From an uncultured delta proteobacterium (GTDB lineage: Bacteria; Desulfobacterota; Desulfobacteria; Desulfobacterales; UBA2156): DNA of 64,000 nt. Shown piece after piece: positions 29,153 to 42,023 of this stretch (its first letter is position 1; each line of letters opens with the position of its first letter). Position numbers and translations under genes: made by a program. The notes below the pieces were generated by a model, which saw only the letters and a list, made by a program, of their open reading frames with translations, was not told where the DNA came from and made no database searches. The stretch covers positions 224,001-288,000 of the forward strand of contig CAVTQK010000009.1 of assembly GCA_963736855.1 (NCBI GenBank), given 5' to 3'.

Positions 29153-31267
29153 ATGAAAGTCGAGTTCATTTCCCCGGCAAAGGCCTCTTTTTTAGGTATT
29201 CCCGCGATTATTTTATGGTGGATCATTCCATTGGCGGGGATCGGTATCTTTTCTTATATCCTCTACAGGCGGACGCGCCCATTGCTTGTGGCATCTTCAG
29301 ATCCCCGCATCAACCGGTTGGCAGAGCGTATCGGGGCAACAATCCGGTATGCTTTGGCCCAGTATCGGCAGCCTCGATATCCCTTAGCCGGAATTTTGCA
29401 TATCTTTTTATTTGTCGGCTTTGTTATTCTTTCCTTGCGTTCCATTACGCTGGTTTTTTTGGGGATCATCGACGGCTTCACGCTTCCGATTTTGAAGGGA
29501 ACTCCAGGAAATATTTACATGGTAGTTAAGGATATTGCTGCCACTATAGTCTTGATCACGTGCCTGATCGCGATGATTCGGCGGGGTGTGTTCAAGCCGA
29601 AGCGATACGATGTCCCGGCTCAGTACGGAAAAGATCACACAGCCGAAGCGGTTTTCGTTTTGCTTCTGATCAGCGGCCTTATGGTTTCCGATGCGCTGTT
29701 TGAAGGCAGCCTCGTCGCTTATCAGTTCCAGTCCCATCTAGAAACGGAAATGGTTCTTCCCATGACTCTGAAGGGGATGGCCGCAGTGGTTTTAGCACCA
29801 AATGCGACGTCGACCCTGCAGGCCGTTCATCTGGCCGCTTACTTGTCGCACGAACTGATCTTTTTTTTCTTTTTATGCTTTCTGCCGTTGGGAAAGCATT
29901 TTCATGTTATCACCTCATTTTTCAATGTCTTTTTCATGAAGCTGGATAAGGGGAATGTAAAACCGGTGAAATGGGACGTTCCTGAAGAGCAACTGGACGG
30001 CCTGGAATCCTTTGGTGTTAAAAAATTGGAGGATTTCACCTGGAAGCATATGCTCGACTTTTATTCATGTGCGGACTGCGGCCGGTGTTCCGACAACTGC
30101 CCGGCCAATGCGGTGGGACGTCCCCTTTCACCCCGTTTCATTTCCATCAAATGCCGTGATGCCCTGTTCGAAAGGTACCCGCTCTGGTCGGGGGCGGAAA
30201 ACAAAAAGACCCTGATGAACGGCGTTTTAGAAGACGATGAAATCTGGTCTTGTACAACTTGCGGCGCTTGCGAGGAAGAGTGCCCTCTGGTCATCGAATA
30301 TATCGACAAGATAGTGGACCTTCGACGAGGACTCGTCGACGAGGGCCGGGTTCCCCAGTCCCTTCAAAAGCCCTTTTCGGCCTTGGAAAAGCGAGGCAAC
30401 CCTTACGGAAAAATGGAAAAAAAGCGATCCGAATGGGCTAAGGATCTGGGGTATGTCAAGGTGTTGGGGAAAAAGGCGTCCGCTCAGACTCTCTATTTTG
30501 TGGACAGCATCACCTCTTTTGACGACCGGATTCAGGAGATTGCCCGTGCAACGGCCCGAGTGCTTCGGGGCGCCGGTGTCGATTTCGGAATCTTGGGTTC
30601 CGCTGAAATGGACAGCGGCCATGAGGTTCGGCGCTTCGGGGAGGAGATGCTTTTTTTAGAACTGAGAAACCGGAATACAGAGGCCATCCTTGAAAGCGGC
30701 GTGAAAAAAATTGTAACGGCGGATCCCCATGCATATAATGCGCTCAGGCATGATTACAAGGGTATTCCGGAGGTCGAACACATATGCCAAGTCCTCGAAC
30801 GAATACTTGTTTCAGGGAGGTTTCGATTGAAAAAGATCGAAGATCCCCATGCGGTATACACCTATCACGATCCATGCTATCTTGGACGGCATAACGGCAT
30901 TTATGAAACACCCCGACGTGTATTGGATGCGATTCCAGGGATCCGCCGGGTGGAAATGGAACGGTCCAAAGACCGAAGTTTCTGTTGCGGTGGCGGCGGA
31001 CTGATGCTTTTTTATGAACCGATAGAAGAAACCCGGATGGGGAAATTGAGGGTGGAGATGGCCCAGAACGCCGGGGCCACCGTAGTCGTCACGACCTGCC
31101 CCTTTTGTATGGTCAATATCGAAGATGCCATCAAAACCAGCGGTCTGGAAGGAAAAATGAAAGCCATGGACCTGGTGGAACTGGTACATCAGCAAATGGA
31201 CTGGGATGCCTTACCAATTTCGAACCCGACTGCGGAAACGCGTTCGGAATCGAAAAACGGACATTGA
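29153..31267 (+). CDS. membrane Fe-S oxidoreductase with CCG domains (FadF / ETF:quinone oxidoreductase type)
   Basis: N-terminal TM domain with KHFH; CADCGRCSDNCP and CTTCGACEEECP; YHDPC, CCGGGG, CPFC. Confidence 0.9.
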   Translation: MKVEFISPAKASFLGIPAIILWWIIPLAGIGIFSYILYRRTRPLLVASSDPRINRLAERIGATIRYALAQYRQPRYPLAGILHIFLFVGFVILSLRSITLVFLGIIDGFTLPILKGTPGNIYMVVKDIAATIVLITCLIAMIRRGVFKPKRYDVPAQYGKDHTAEAVFVLLLISGLMVSDALFEGSLVAYQFQSHLETEMVLPMTLKGMAAVVLAPNATSTLQAVHLAAYLSHELIFFFFLCFLPLGKHFHVITSFFNVFFMKLDKGNVKPVKWDVPEEQLDGLESFGVKKLEDFTWKHMLDFYSCADCGRCSDNCPANAVGRPLSPRFISIKCRDALFERYPLWSGAENKKTLMNGVLEDDEIWSCTTCGACEEECPLVIEYIDKIVDLRRGLVDEGRVPQSLQKPFSALEKRGNPYGKMEKKRSEWAKDLGYVKVLGKKASAQTLYFVDSITSFDDRIQEIARATARVLRGAGVDFGILGSAEMDSGHEVRRFGEEMLFLELRNRNTEAILESGVKKIVTADPHAYNALRHDYKGIPEVEHICQVLERILVSGRFRLKKIEDPHAVYTYHDPCYLGRHNGIYETPRRVLDAIPGIRRVEMERSKDRSFCCGGGGLMLFYEPIEETRMGKLRVEMAQNAGATVVVTTCPFCMVNIEDAIKTSGLEGKMKAMDLVELVHQQMDWDALPISNPTAETRSESKNGH

Positions 31268-31285
31268 CGGTTTGGGAGGAGATTC

Positions 31286-32077
31286 ATGGAGATTTTAGTG
31301 TGTATCAAACGGGTTCCGGATACATCTGAAAATGAAATCACGGTGAACAAGGAGGGTACCGATATTGAGCGGGAGGATCTCGTCTATTCAGTGAACGAAT
31401 GGGACAATTACGCCGTTGAAGAAGCCATTCGCATCCGTGACAAAGTGGGCGGCACCGTTACCGTGGTTTCCCTCGGATCTGAGGAGACTGAGGAAGTGAT
31501 CCGGCGTGAAATGGCCATGGGTGCGGATAAGGGCATCCATCTCATGGATCCGGCTTTGGAAGGTTGCGATGGCCGGGGGGTCGCCGTCGCCTTGAAGGCC
31601 GAAGTGAAAAAGGGGGGATTCGATCTGGTTCTCACTGGGGCCCAGGCCGACGATGGTGCGGGACAGGTCGGCGGGATGCTCGCCGCCATGCTTCAATGGC
31701 CCTTTGCCGCTCTGGTCAACCACATTGAGGTTACCGGCGCTGACACCCTCATAATCGGACGTGAGATCGCCGGTGGAAACCAGGAGTTCAGTGAGATCCG
31801 GCTTCCCTGCGTCCTTTCCATTCAGACCGGGATCAACGAACCCAGATATGTCGGTATCCGTGGGATCCGCAAGGTGGCTTCCGTGGAAATCCCCATCCAC
31901 GGAATCTCGGATATTGCTGTTGCACCGGAGACTGTTGGAAAGACAGGTGCCCGGGTCAAGCGGATCGATTACTTCACCCCCCAGCTCGGAAAAGGCGCCG
32001 AGATTCTGGAGGGAAGTGATGAGGAAATCATCGACAAGCTCGTTGAGATTTTAAAATCCAAAGGAGGGATCAAGTGA
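31286..32077 (+). CDS. etfB: electron transfer flavoprotein beta subunit
   Basis: ILVCIKRVPD, NEWD.YAVEEA, AMGAD, INEPRY. Confidence 0.95.
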   Translation: MEILVCIKRVPDTSENEITVNKEGTDIEREDLVYSVNEWDNYAVEEAIRIRDKVGGTVTVVSLGSEETEEVIRREMAMGADKGIHLMDPALEGCDGRGVAVALKAEVKKGGFDLVLTGAQADDGAGQVGGMLAAMLQWPFAALVNHIEVTGADTLIIGREIAGGNQEFSEIRLPCVLSIQTGINEPRYVGIRGIRKVASVEIPIHGISDIAVAPETVGKTGARVKRIDYFTPQLGKGAEILEGSDEEIIDKLVEILKSKGGIK

Positions 32078-33059
32078 TGGCCCCGATGATTGCTTATATT
32101 CTGCATAAAAACGGCGTGATCGACGACACGGCCCTGGAGCTGAAATCGGCGGCGGAAATGCTTGAACAGGAAGCTGTCCCCGTGGCCGTGGTCATGGGTT
32201 CAAAAAAGATGTGGAAGGCGTTTGTCAAGAGGCAGCCCGGTCTTTTGCCACCGTATGGAAGATTGAGAATGAAGCGCTTTCCTATCCGAATGCCGAGGTG
32301 ATTCGGCCCATGCTGAGCCGCATTCTACCCAAGGGCAGCATCGTTCTGATGCCCCATGAACATTTCAGTATGGATTTGGCGCCCGGGCTTTCGATTTGTC
32401 AGGAAGCGGCTTATCTCCCCGATGCGGTTGGTCTTGAAGCTAGGGAAGGGCAGAGGTTAAGGGCTGTTCGTGAGGAGTTCAACGGAATGGTGAGGACCCA
32501 CGTGGTATGCGACGTGACCCAAGGTGCGGTCATCACACTTCGACCCGGTGCTTTCTCCCCCAATGAACGAAAAGATCAAAGCGGGCAAATTATCGACAAG
32601 ACGCCGGAAGCTTTTCAAGAGAGGGCTCCGGCTCCTCCAAGACGCTTTATAGAACTGGTGGAGGCCGAGGCCGGCGATGTGGACATCACGAAATCGGAAG
32701 TGCTGGTATCCGTAGGTCGCGGCATCGAAGAGCAGGAGAACCTTGAAATCATTCATGAGCTGGGAAAAGTAATGGGTGCAGACGTGTCCTGTTCCAGACC
32801 TATCGTGGATGCCAAATGGATGGAAAAATCCCGGCAAGTGGGAACCTCGGGCAAGACTGTCAAGCCTAAGGTGTATCTGGCCTTGGGAATCAGCGGATCT
32901 TTTCAGCACCTGGGAGGAATCAAGGGCTCCCCCTTCATGGTGGCCGTCAACAAGAACCCGAAGGCCCCCATATTTCAGGTGGCCGATGTGGGAGTCGTGG
33001 CTGATATCCTCGATTTTGTCCCGAAACTTAGCGAAAAAATCGGTGAGGTGGTGAAATAA
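32077..33059 (+). CDS. etfA: electron transfer flavoprotein alpha subunit, split by a -1 frameshift near 32202-32208
   Basis: ORFs 32074-32301 and 32211-33059 join into a full-length EtfA (SVGRG, QVGTSGK, GISGSFQH, NKNPKAPIF). Confidence 0.88.
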
Positions 33060-33088
33060 GCCTATCTTTGGCTTCGAAAGGAGGGAGG

Positions 33089-33589
33089 ATGCCCCAATTG
33101 CTGTCTGTGGTGGGAAACTCTGCATCCGGGAAGACGACCATACTGGAAAAGCTGATTGTCGAACTTAAGCGGCGGGGACATCGAATCGGTGTCATCAAAC
33201 ATGCCCATCACGGATTCAATCTCGATCAAGAAGGAAAGGACAGCTGGAGACATAAAAACGCCGGTGCAGACACGGTCCTTATTGCCTCTCCGGGCCGGAT
33301 CGCCATAATCAAGGATGACGAAAAAAGCGAATCCCTCAGCTATCTTAAGCAATACTTTAATGACGTGGATCTGATCCTTATTGAGGGATTTAAAAGAAAG
33401 CGGTGGCCCAAGATCGAGGTATTCAGAGCCGCTGTTCATGAAGCGCCCTTGTTTGCGGGAAACTCCGACCTGGTGGCATGGGTGACCGATTCGAATCTTG
33501 ACTTAAACGTTCCCAAATTCGGCCTGGAGGAGATCCCAGCCCTTGCTGATTTCATAGAGATGCGTTACATTAAAAGAGTAAGGAATTGA
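33089..33589 (+). CDS. mobB: molybdopterin-guanine dinucleotide biosynthesis protein B
   Basis: GNSASGKTT, IKHAHH, GKDSWRH..AGA, EGFK; ATG 33089 after GGAGG. Confidence 0.92.
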   Translation: MPQLLSVVGNSASGKTTILEKLIVELKRRGHRIGVIKHAHHGFNLDQEGKDSWRHKNAGADTVLIASPGRIAIIKDDEKSESLSYLKQYFNDVDLILIEGFKRKRWPKIEVFRAAVHEAPLFAGNSDLVAWVTDSNLDLNVPKFGLEEIPALADFIEMRYIKRVRN

Positions 33590-33635
33590 ATTGACTCCGA
33601 TATTTTAGCAAGACAATTCCGAAAGGAAAAACTTG

Positions 33636-33788
33636 ATGAGCGAAATTGTCATTCTTCTGATCGTCGTCGGGGCATGGATTGTGCTTCAGGCCTATATTTT
33701 GCCAAAAATGGGCATTTCCACATGAGTCAAAGACGCCTGCCAGGTGACGGGCAAAAAGAAAGGGCCTTCTAAAGAGCCTTCAGAATAA
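33636..33788 (+). CDS. putative 50-aa single-TM selenoprotein (U30), or a 29-aa peptide if TGA is a stop
   Basis: SD AAAGGA; MSEIVILLIVVGAWIVLQAYILPKMGIST-TGA-VKDACQVTGKKKGPSKEPSE*; hairpin at 33735-33752. Confidence 0.6.
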
Positions 33789-34109
33789 TGCCACGTCGAT
33801 AGACGGATTTTGCAGAAAGTCCGGGGCGACAAAAGTCCATATTTTATTCTTTTCGAATCAGTCAAAAAATGAAAAAGGTCGGCTCTTGGCCTGCCTCTCG
33901 GGTGTCTTTCATGAGCCCGTATAGACAGAGGGTTTTGTTTTGTATTTTTTCCGAATTCGGCTTAGGTTTTTAATCAATTATCCTGCAGTTGACAAAGAAA
34001 AGTCGATGCCCTAAAAGGATTTGCTTATGGCTTTTTTTTGGAAATGAAGAGAAGGAGTATGTTGCCGCTTCTTTTTTAGGAGAAAAGCCTATTTTTTAGG
34101 GGGAAGACT

Positions 34110-35000
34110 GTGATCAAAATCGTAACGGACATCCGCGGTATGCATGAGCGGTGTGACACCCTGCGAAAAAAAGGGAAGAAGCTTGTGCTCATTCCCACCA
34201 TGGGTTATCTCCACGACGGGCACCTCTCCCTGATCCGGGAAGGACGGAAAAGGGGCGATTTTTTGGTGGTCAGCATCTTCGTCAACCCCACTCAGTTCGG
34301 ACCGCGGGAAGACTTAAAGGCATATCCCAGGGACTTGAAACGGGATGTGGAGCTTATAAAGCCGGAAAAGGTGGATGCAGTGTTCTATCCGGATGCCCAG
34401 GAAATCTACAGGCACGGCTTTCAGACAAGCGTGCGCCTTTCCAAATTGCCGAAATACCTTTGCGGCCGCTCCCGGCCTATCCATTTTACAGGGGTGGCCA
34501 CGATTGTGGCCAAACTTTTCAATATCATTCGACCTCATGTGGCCCTGTTCGGTCAGAAGGACTTCCAGCAGCTGTTGGTCATCCGGCAGATGGTCAAAGA
34601 TCTCAATTTCGACATTGAGATCGTCGGAGTTCCCACGGTAAGGGAGCCGGAAGGCTTGGCCATGAGTTCCCGTAACGCCTATCTGACTGCCGAACAGAGA
34701 CCTGCAGCTCAAAGCCTTTTCCAGTCTCTAGAAGAGGCAAAGAAGCAGGTTCTCTGCGGCGAAACCGACACGGTTAAAATTATCCAAAGCGCCTCCGAGC
34801 GCATTCGTGCTTACGTGGAAGCGGTCATTGATTATATCGTCGTCTGCGATCCGGAAACCCTCGAACCGATGGAACGCATCACCAAGCCTGCGCTCATGGC
34901 GCTTGCAGTTAAAATTGGAAAAACAAGGCTTATCGATAACATGATGCTTTTGCCCGAAAGCGGGGCAGCTCCGAATCCGGGACGCTGGGGGTCTTTATGA
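34110..35000 (+). CDS. panC: pantoate--beta-alanine ligase
   Basis: PTMGYLHDGH, FVNPTQF, FGQKD.QQ, AMSSRN, RLIDN. Confidence 0.96.
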   Translation: MIKIVTDIRGMHERCDTLRKKGKKLVLIPTMGYLHDGHLSLIREGRKRGDFLVVSIFVNPTQFGPREDLKAYPRDLKRDVELIKPEKVDAVFYPDAQEIYRHGFQTSVRLSKLPKYLCGRSRPIHFTGVATIVAKLFNIIRPHVALFGQKDFQQLLVIRQMVKDLNFDIEIVGVPTVREPEGLAMSSRNAYLTAEQRPAAQSLFQSLEEAKKQVLCGETDTVKIIQSASERIRAYVEAVIDYIVVCDPETLEPMERITKPALMALAVKIGKTRLIDNMMLLPESGAAPNPGRWGSL

Positions 35001-35027
35001 CCAGGAAATTCTAATAGGAGATCTTGT

Positions 35028-37488
<2,461 letters not shown>

Positions 37489-37514
37489 TCCCTTAAAGGG
37501 GAATGGGCCCGGAC

Positions 37515-38117
37515 TTACTGGAAAGCGGACTTTTTCAGTTTTTGAATGGTCGCGTATTCCCTGTCGGCGGCCTCCACAAACCCCTTCCCGATTTCAAACA
37601 CACGGATAAACTCGGTTTCAGCTGCATCGTATCGACCGGCCTTCTTATATGCCATTCCCATGAAAAAGTGGGGACCCGGGGCCTCGCGGTCAAGCGTTTG
37701 GGTCTTTTCAAAAGCCTGCTCCACTTCTTGGAGCCAGTTGGATTTCATCCGTGTGTTTCCGATGGTGTAAAGGCGCATGAAGCCAGTGAGCGCTTCGATA
37801 TGCTGGGCCGGAATGGTTGCTTTCAGGCGTGCGGTTTCCAAAGACCCCAAACCCTTCTCATATTCTTCCCTGAATCCATAGGCTAATCCCATACCAAGGT
37901 AGGCGGCCGCATACCCCGGATCGAGTTCTTGTGCCATCTTGAATTCTTGGAAGGCTGCGTCGATTTTTTCCATCTCGAGCAATTTGAAACCGTTTTCCAC
38001 ATGATGGGCAGGCGAGCCCAACCGGGGTTTGGGAGCAATCATTTGAGAGGTGCACGCCAAGGGCAGAAGTCCGGCCAAGATCACTGCTATAAAATTTCTT
38101 ATCATCATAGGTTTCAT
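37515..38117 (-). CDS. TPR-repeat lipoprotein
   Basis: Lipobox-like PLAC; ELDPGYAAAYLGMGLAY TPR motifs. Confidence 0.8.
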   Translation of the reverse strand: MKPMMIRNFIAVILAGLLPLACTSQMIAPKPRLGSPAHHVENGFKLLEMEKIDAAFQEFKMAQELDPGYAAAYLGMGLAYGFREEYEKGLGSLETARLKATIPAQHIEALTGFMRLYTIGNTRMKSNWLQEVEQAFEKTQTLDREAPGPHFFMGMAYKKAGRYDAAETEFIRVFEIGKGFVEAADREYATIQKLKKSAFQ

Positions 38118-38126
38118 GGAATCTCC

Positions 38127-38975
38127 TCAGGGTTTAGACTGGTCGGCTGCGATGATCACAAGGCATTTACGAAGCAGTTGGAGATGCTCCGATGCGCTTT
38201 TCAGTTTGGCCGCATCCGCGGTGCTGATGATGATGGTGGTTTTTTCCCCGTCATCGGTTTTCAGACCTTTGACCACCAGAGGGTGATTTCCTACACGTTG
38301 CTGCTTGCGGGCTGCCTCCAGATCGGGAACGTATCGGACCATCCCTTGCTGGACCGCCGACTCCCGGCTGGCGAATGCGGATCCAAAGATTTCTTTATGG
38401 CTTTCATCCATGATTTTAGGAACCAATGCCGGTTTCAACTTGATTCCTGTGGCGTCGACGATCAGACCGGTGAAAGGGGCTGGAATATTTTCCGGGGGAA
38501 CGATAGGTCTGACAGATTCGATCTGCTTGAGCTCCTGGGGCAGGACAAGTTGAGAAAAGGCGCCCAGCAGACTCAATTCCATAATGATTTTGGCTGTTCC
38601 GTCCGAGAGATATTCCTGCGTGACCATCCGTGCGTTTTGAATGAGCTTTAGGATTTCTTCTTCGATCCTATTGTTTTTTTCCGAAATTTGGAAAACGGTT
38701 TGTTTGCGGTCGACACGAAGGCGCCGGATTGTCTGGAGAATGTTTTTTTTGGCGTCTGCTTGTGCCGCGGTGAGGGTGATCCGGGGTGCGTTTTCGTCCC
38801 GTTTTTCGGTGAGCTGTCCGACACCGGTAGCCCGAACCGTAAGTTGGGACCAGTTTATGACGCCGAAATTGGTGCGTTCGATGAAATGGGATTCATTTTG
38901 TGCGAAAGCTGGCGCGAAACAACAAATGAGGATGAACCAAAAACAGACAATGCATCGGATCGGTTTTTCCAACAT
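38127..38975 (-). CDS. exported hypothetical protein (LPP20-like)
   Basis: Signal peptide ending AFA; INW..ATG.G, FTGLIVDA motifs; start at ATG 38975 assumed. Confidence 0.65.
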   Translation of the reverse strand: MLEKPIRCIVCFWFILICCFAPAFAQNESHFIERTNFGVINWSQLTVRATGVGQLTEKRDENAPRITLTAAQADAKKNILQTIRRLRVDRKQTVFQISEKNNRIEEEILKLIQNARMVTQEYLSDGTAKIIMELSLLGAFSQLVLPQELKQIESVRPIVPPENIPAPFTGLIVDATGIKLKPALVPKIMDESHKEIFGSAFASRESAVQQGMVRYVPDLEAARKQQRVGNHPLVVKGLKTDDGEKTTIIISTADAAKLKSASEHLQLLRKCLVIIAADQSKP

Positions 38976-39082
38976 AACCCCCTTGAGGAGATAGGTCCCT
39001 GCAAAAGACCGAAATCCCGGCATGCGCTCGTTGCCTAGTTTTTCGATTTTTAAGCCTTACGAAAAAAAAGTACAAGGCTTTT

Positions 39083-40039
39083 TTACAGAGAGCGGATTTC
39101 TTGCCTCATGAAAACCACAAATGAGACCGCAAAGCAGACAAGTGTCAGGGCGACGAGAAAGATCAGATGGGGGGCTACCACCATGATGCTCTGGCTCAGC
39201 GCAAGAGGCCCGGAAAATCGGGACATGGAGATCTGTTCCATGGGGCCTATGGCAATGACGGAGCGGGCGGATTTTCGCCTGGGGTCGATGATGACGGTTG
39301 TGGCATCCGAGTAGAGTTCCATGGGCGAAAGGAGGGAAAAGGCTTTCACGATTCCGGCCTTCCGGACCAGGGATTCCGTGGTATCGGTTTCCGCGCTCCC
39401 TGCAAGAGTGTTTCCTAAAACCGATGCTCCAAGGGAAATGAAAAAAGAGAAAAAGATCCAGACCGCCAGCGCAGCCAACGCCGAGGTTGCCGTGCTGCGG
39501 AAAAGAATGGAAAAGAAAAGGGCGACCCCCAGCCAGAAGGCGATGTATATAATACTGAGGAGCAGATAGATGACCATCCGTAAGCACTCCTCGAGCCCGG
39601 GGACGATGCCCACCAGCAAAAGCCCCAGCCCCGCAATGACCAGGACTATGGAAACCATCATGACGGCGATCAGGATCACGCCGGCCAAAAATTTTCCGTT
39701 GATGACCACATCCCGGTAGATGGGCTGGGAAAGAAGCTTACTCAATGTCCCCTGGTTGCGTTCCCGGTTGATGCCGTCGAAGCCCAGCATGAGTCCCACC
39801 AGAGGCCCGAAAAAAGCGACGAACTGAACCAATGAAAACATGGCGCCCGGAGAAGTGAAGAGCATCAAAAAGACAAAGCGGGGTTTGGCAATCCCTTTCA
39901 ATTCATGCCGGATATTAAGGCCCACCATGTACACGGTGATCAGACTGACCATAGTGATGAGGGCAAAGATTATGATAAGCCGATAGCTGCTGAAATGATC
40001 GGAAAGTTCTTTTTTGATGATCGCCTTGATTCCTTTCAC
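39083..40039 (-). CDS. ABC-2 type transporter permease
   Basis: KELSD, GFDGINRE..GTL..LLSQPI.R..GKF, multiple TM segments. Confidence 0.9.
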   Translation of the reverse strand: MKGIKAIIKKELSDHFSSYRLIIIFALITMVSLITVYMVGLNIRHELKGIAKPRFVFLMLFTSPGAMFSLVQFVAFFGPLVGLMLGFDGINRERNQGTLSKLLSQPIYRDVVINGKFLAGVILIAVMMVSIVLVIAGLGLLLVGIVPGLEECLRMVIYLLLSIIYIAFWLGVALFFSILFRSTATSALAALAVWIFFSFFISLGASVLGNTLAGSAETDTTESLVRKAGIVKAFSLLSPMELYSDATTVIIDPRRKSARSVIAIGPMEQISMSRFSGPLALSQSIMVVAPHLIFLVALTLVCFAVSFVVFMRQEIRSL

Positions 40040-40042
40040 GGT

Positions 40043-40795
40043 TCAGTTCTCCTGAAAATATTTCATGTAGATCTCTTCCAGGGTGAAGGTTTCCTTCCCG
40101 ACGCCGAACTTCTCCTTGGCCAAATAGGCGAGTGGTCCATGGGCCACCATTTTCCCTTTGATCATGATTCCCACCCTGTGGCAAATCCGTTGTATCTGGT
40201 GGAGGAGGTGGCTGGAGATCAGTATTGTCATTTTCCGGTCTCGGCATAAGGATTCAATGAGTGAAATCATTCGGTTGGAGGCGTCCGGATCCAGGCCAAG
40301 GGTCGGTTCATCTAAAAATGCGATCTTCGAATCTTTGATCAAGAGCTCGGCCAGTCCCAAGCGCTGACGCATCCCCCTGGAATAAGCGCCGATTTCTTTT
40401 TTTTCCTCTTCCGCCAAGCCCACAGTGTTCAGGGCCTGATCGATCCGTGCTTCAACGCTTTCAGAGGGGATATCGTTCAACTCGGCGATGAATCGAAGCA
40501 TCTGCCGGGCATCCAGGTCCGGATAGAACCCCATGTTTTCCTGGAGATATCCGACCCTTGCTTTGACCTGGATGGGATTTCTCGCCGGATCCAGGCCCAG
40601 AACCCGGGCTTTTCCACTCGTCGGCTCGGTTAAACCCATCAGCATAAGAATGGTGGTTGTTTTACCGGCGCCATTCGGCCCTAAAAATCCAAAAATTTCT
40701 CCTTCAAAGATCTGAAGGGTCAACTGGTCTACAGCAACCTGATGGCCGTAAGCCTTGGTCAACGCCTCGGTTTCGATCACAGCTTGCTGGTCCAT
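40043..40795 (-). CDS. ABC transporter ATP-binding protein
   Basis: GPNGAGKTT, YSRGMRQR, LDEPT. Confidence 0.95.
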   Translation of the reverse strand: MDQQAVIETEALTKAYGHQVAVDQLTLQIFEGEIFGFLGPNGAGKTTTILMLMGLTEPTSGKARVLGLDPARNPIQVKARVGYLQENMGFYPDLDARQMLRFIAELNDIPSESVEARIDQALNTVGLAEEEKKEIGAYSRGMRQRLGLAELLIKDSKIAFLDEPTLGLDPDASNRMISLIESLCRDRKMTILISSHLLHQIQRICHRVGIMIKGKMVAHGPLAYLAKEKFGVGKETFTLEEIYMKYFQEN

Positions 40796-40796
40796 T

Positions 40797-42023
40797 TCAT
40801 CGCCTTCCCAGCATCCGAAACAAACTGAAAAGACCGGCGATCACCAATACGATGATACCGATGCCGATCCATCCCCAGGCGGTTGATGCCTTTACGGTTG
40901 TCCTGAATTCAATGGATTTATTCGCTTTTTCTCCTTCCACACTCACACTGACCGAATAATCCCCAACCAGGGCTTCCTCATAAGGGATGAGAATTATTTC
41001 CACCTGCTTGAGGTCACCTGGTTCAATGATATCGATGCTTTCGGGCTTGAATTCCACCTTCCAGTTTTCAGGCTTGAAGGAGAGAAATTTAACATCATGG
41101 TTGGGGGTTGACCCGGTATTCTTGACATAGAAAGAGACATTCGACGATTTTCCCTGACGGGCTTCCAACGACAAAAGACCGCTGATCGTTCCGACTTCCA
41201 GGCCATAGGTGCCGGTGAGAATCACCTTGAGTTCGGCTTCGGCTTTAGCATCGCCGGAGTTCACACGGATCTGAACAGGGTATTCCCCGGCCTTCGTATT
41301 TACGGCCGGTTTGACTTCCACGGCGATGGTCTGGCTCTGGTTGGCCTTCAAACGCAGGCTGGTAATATATTTAGACTCGTAAGCGGGTTTGAAGTTGATG
41401 TCCCAACCGTTCGGACCTTGGGCAAAGAGATCGAAAACCGCATCTTTATCCAACTTGCTGTCGACTTCCAGAGAGAATTCGAATTTGGCGTCCGAAGGAC
41501 CCCGGATTTCCGGATACGAGGTGGTGAGCTTAATTCCCCGATCTTCCTTTTCGATCCCTTTATCTTCTTTCATCGTTACACGGATGTCCTGGGCCATTTT
41601 AAATTGACCATCTTCGGTCTTGGCCTCAATACGGAACCGGTAGTCGCCAGGACCGGTACCCTTATCCGGAATCGCCTCAAAGGTGACACGCTTGGTTTCA
41701 TCGGCAGAAACGTGCACGCCGGTGATAGTAAATCGATAGGTTTTAATTTTGACCTTCCATCCCGGAGGTTTTTCAGAAATCCAAACGTGAAGCGTTTCGC
41801 CGATGCGTCCCTTGTTGTGAAAGATCAGATCCATGCTGACTTCTTCACTCTTCGGAATCACGATTCCGGGATACTCCGCAGACATTCCGACCTGTCTTTC
41901 GGGTTTTTTCTCCTGGCTCTTATCTTCCTTTTCTGAAGCATCAACCAGTCCTGCGGAGGTTAACAGGAAAAAAGACGATAGGAAAATGACAAGGGGCTTT
42001 CTCCAAGGATTTATCATCAGCAT
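40797..42023 (-). CDS. NEW3/Ig-like repeat exported protein with C-terminal membrane anchor
   Basis: Signal peptide, three beta-rich repeats (P.GW..., GDY), C-terminal TM ending GRR. Confidence 0.75.
   Translation of the reverse strand: MLMINPWRKPLVIFLSSFFLLTSAGLVDASEKEDKSQEKKPERQVGMSAEYPGIVIPKSEEVSMDLIFHNKGRIGETLHVWISEKPPGWKVKIKTYRFTITGVHVSADETKRVTFEAIPDKGTGPGDYRFRIEAKTEDGQFKMAQDIRVTMKEDKGIEKEDRGIKLTTSYPEIRGPSDAKFEFSLEVDSKLDKDAVFDLFAQGPNGWDINFKPAYESKYITSLRLKANQSQTIAVEVKPAVNTKAGEYPVQIRVNSGDAKAEAELKVILTGTYGLEVGTISGLLSLEARQGKSSNVSFYVKNTGSTPNHDVKFLSFKPENWKVEFKPESIDIIEPGDLKQVEIILIPYEEALVGDYSVSVSVEGEKANKSIEFRTTVKASTAWGWIGIGIIVLVIAGLFSLFRMLGRR

Noticed and set aside
33790..34110. SAM riboswitch upstream of panC-metK-ahcY
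   Set aside because: No SAM-I (ATC..GAG..GAT core) or SAM-II consensus recognised
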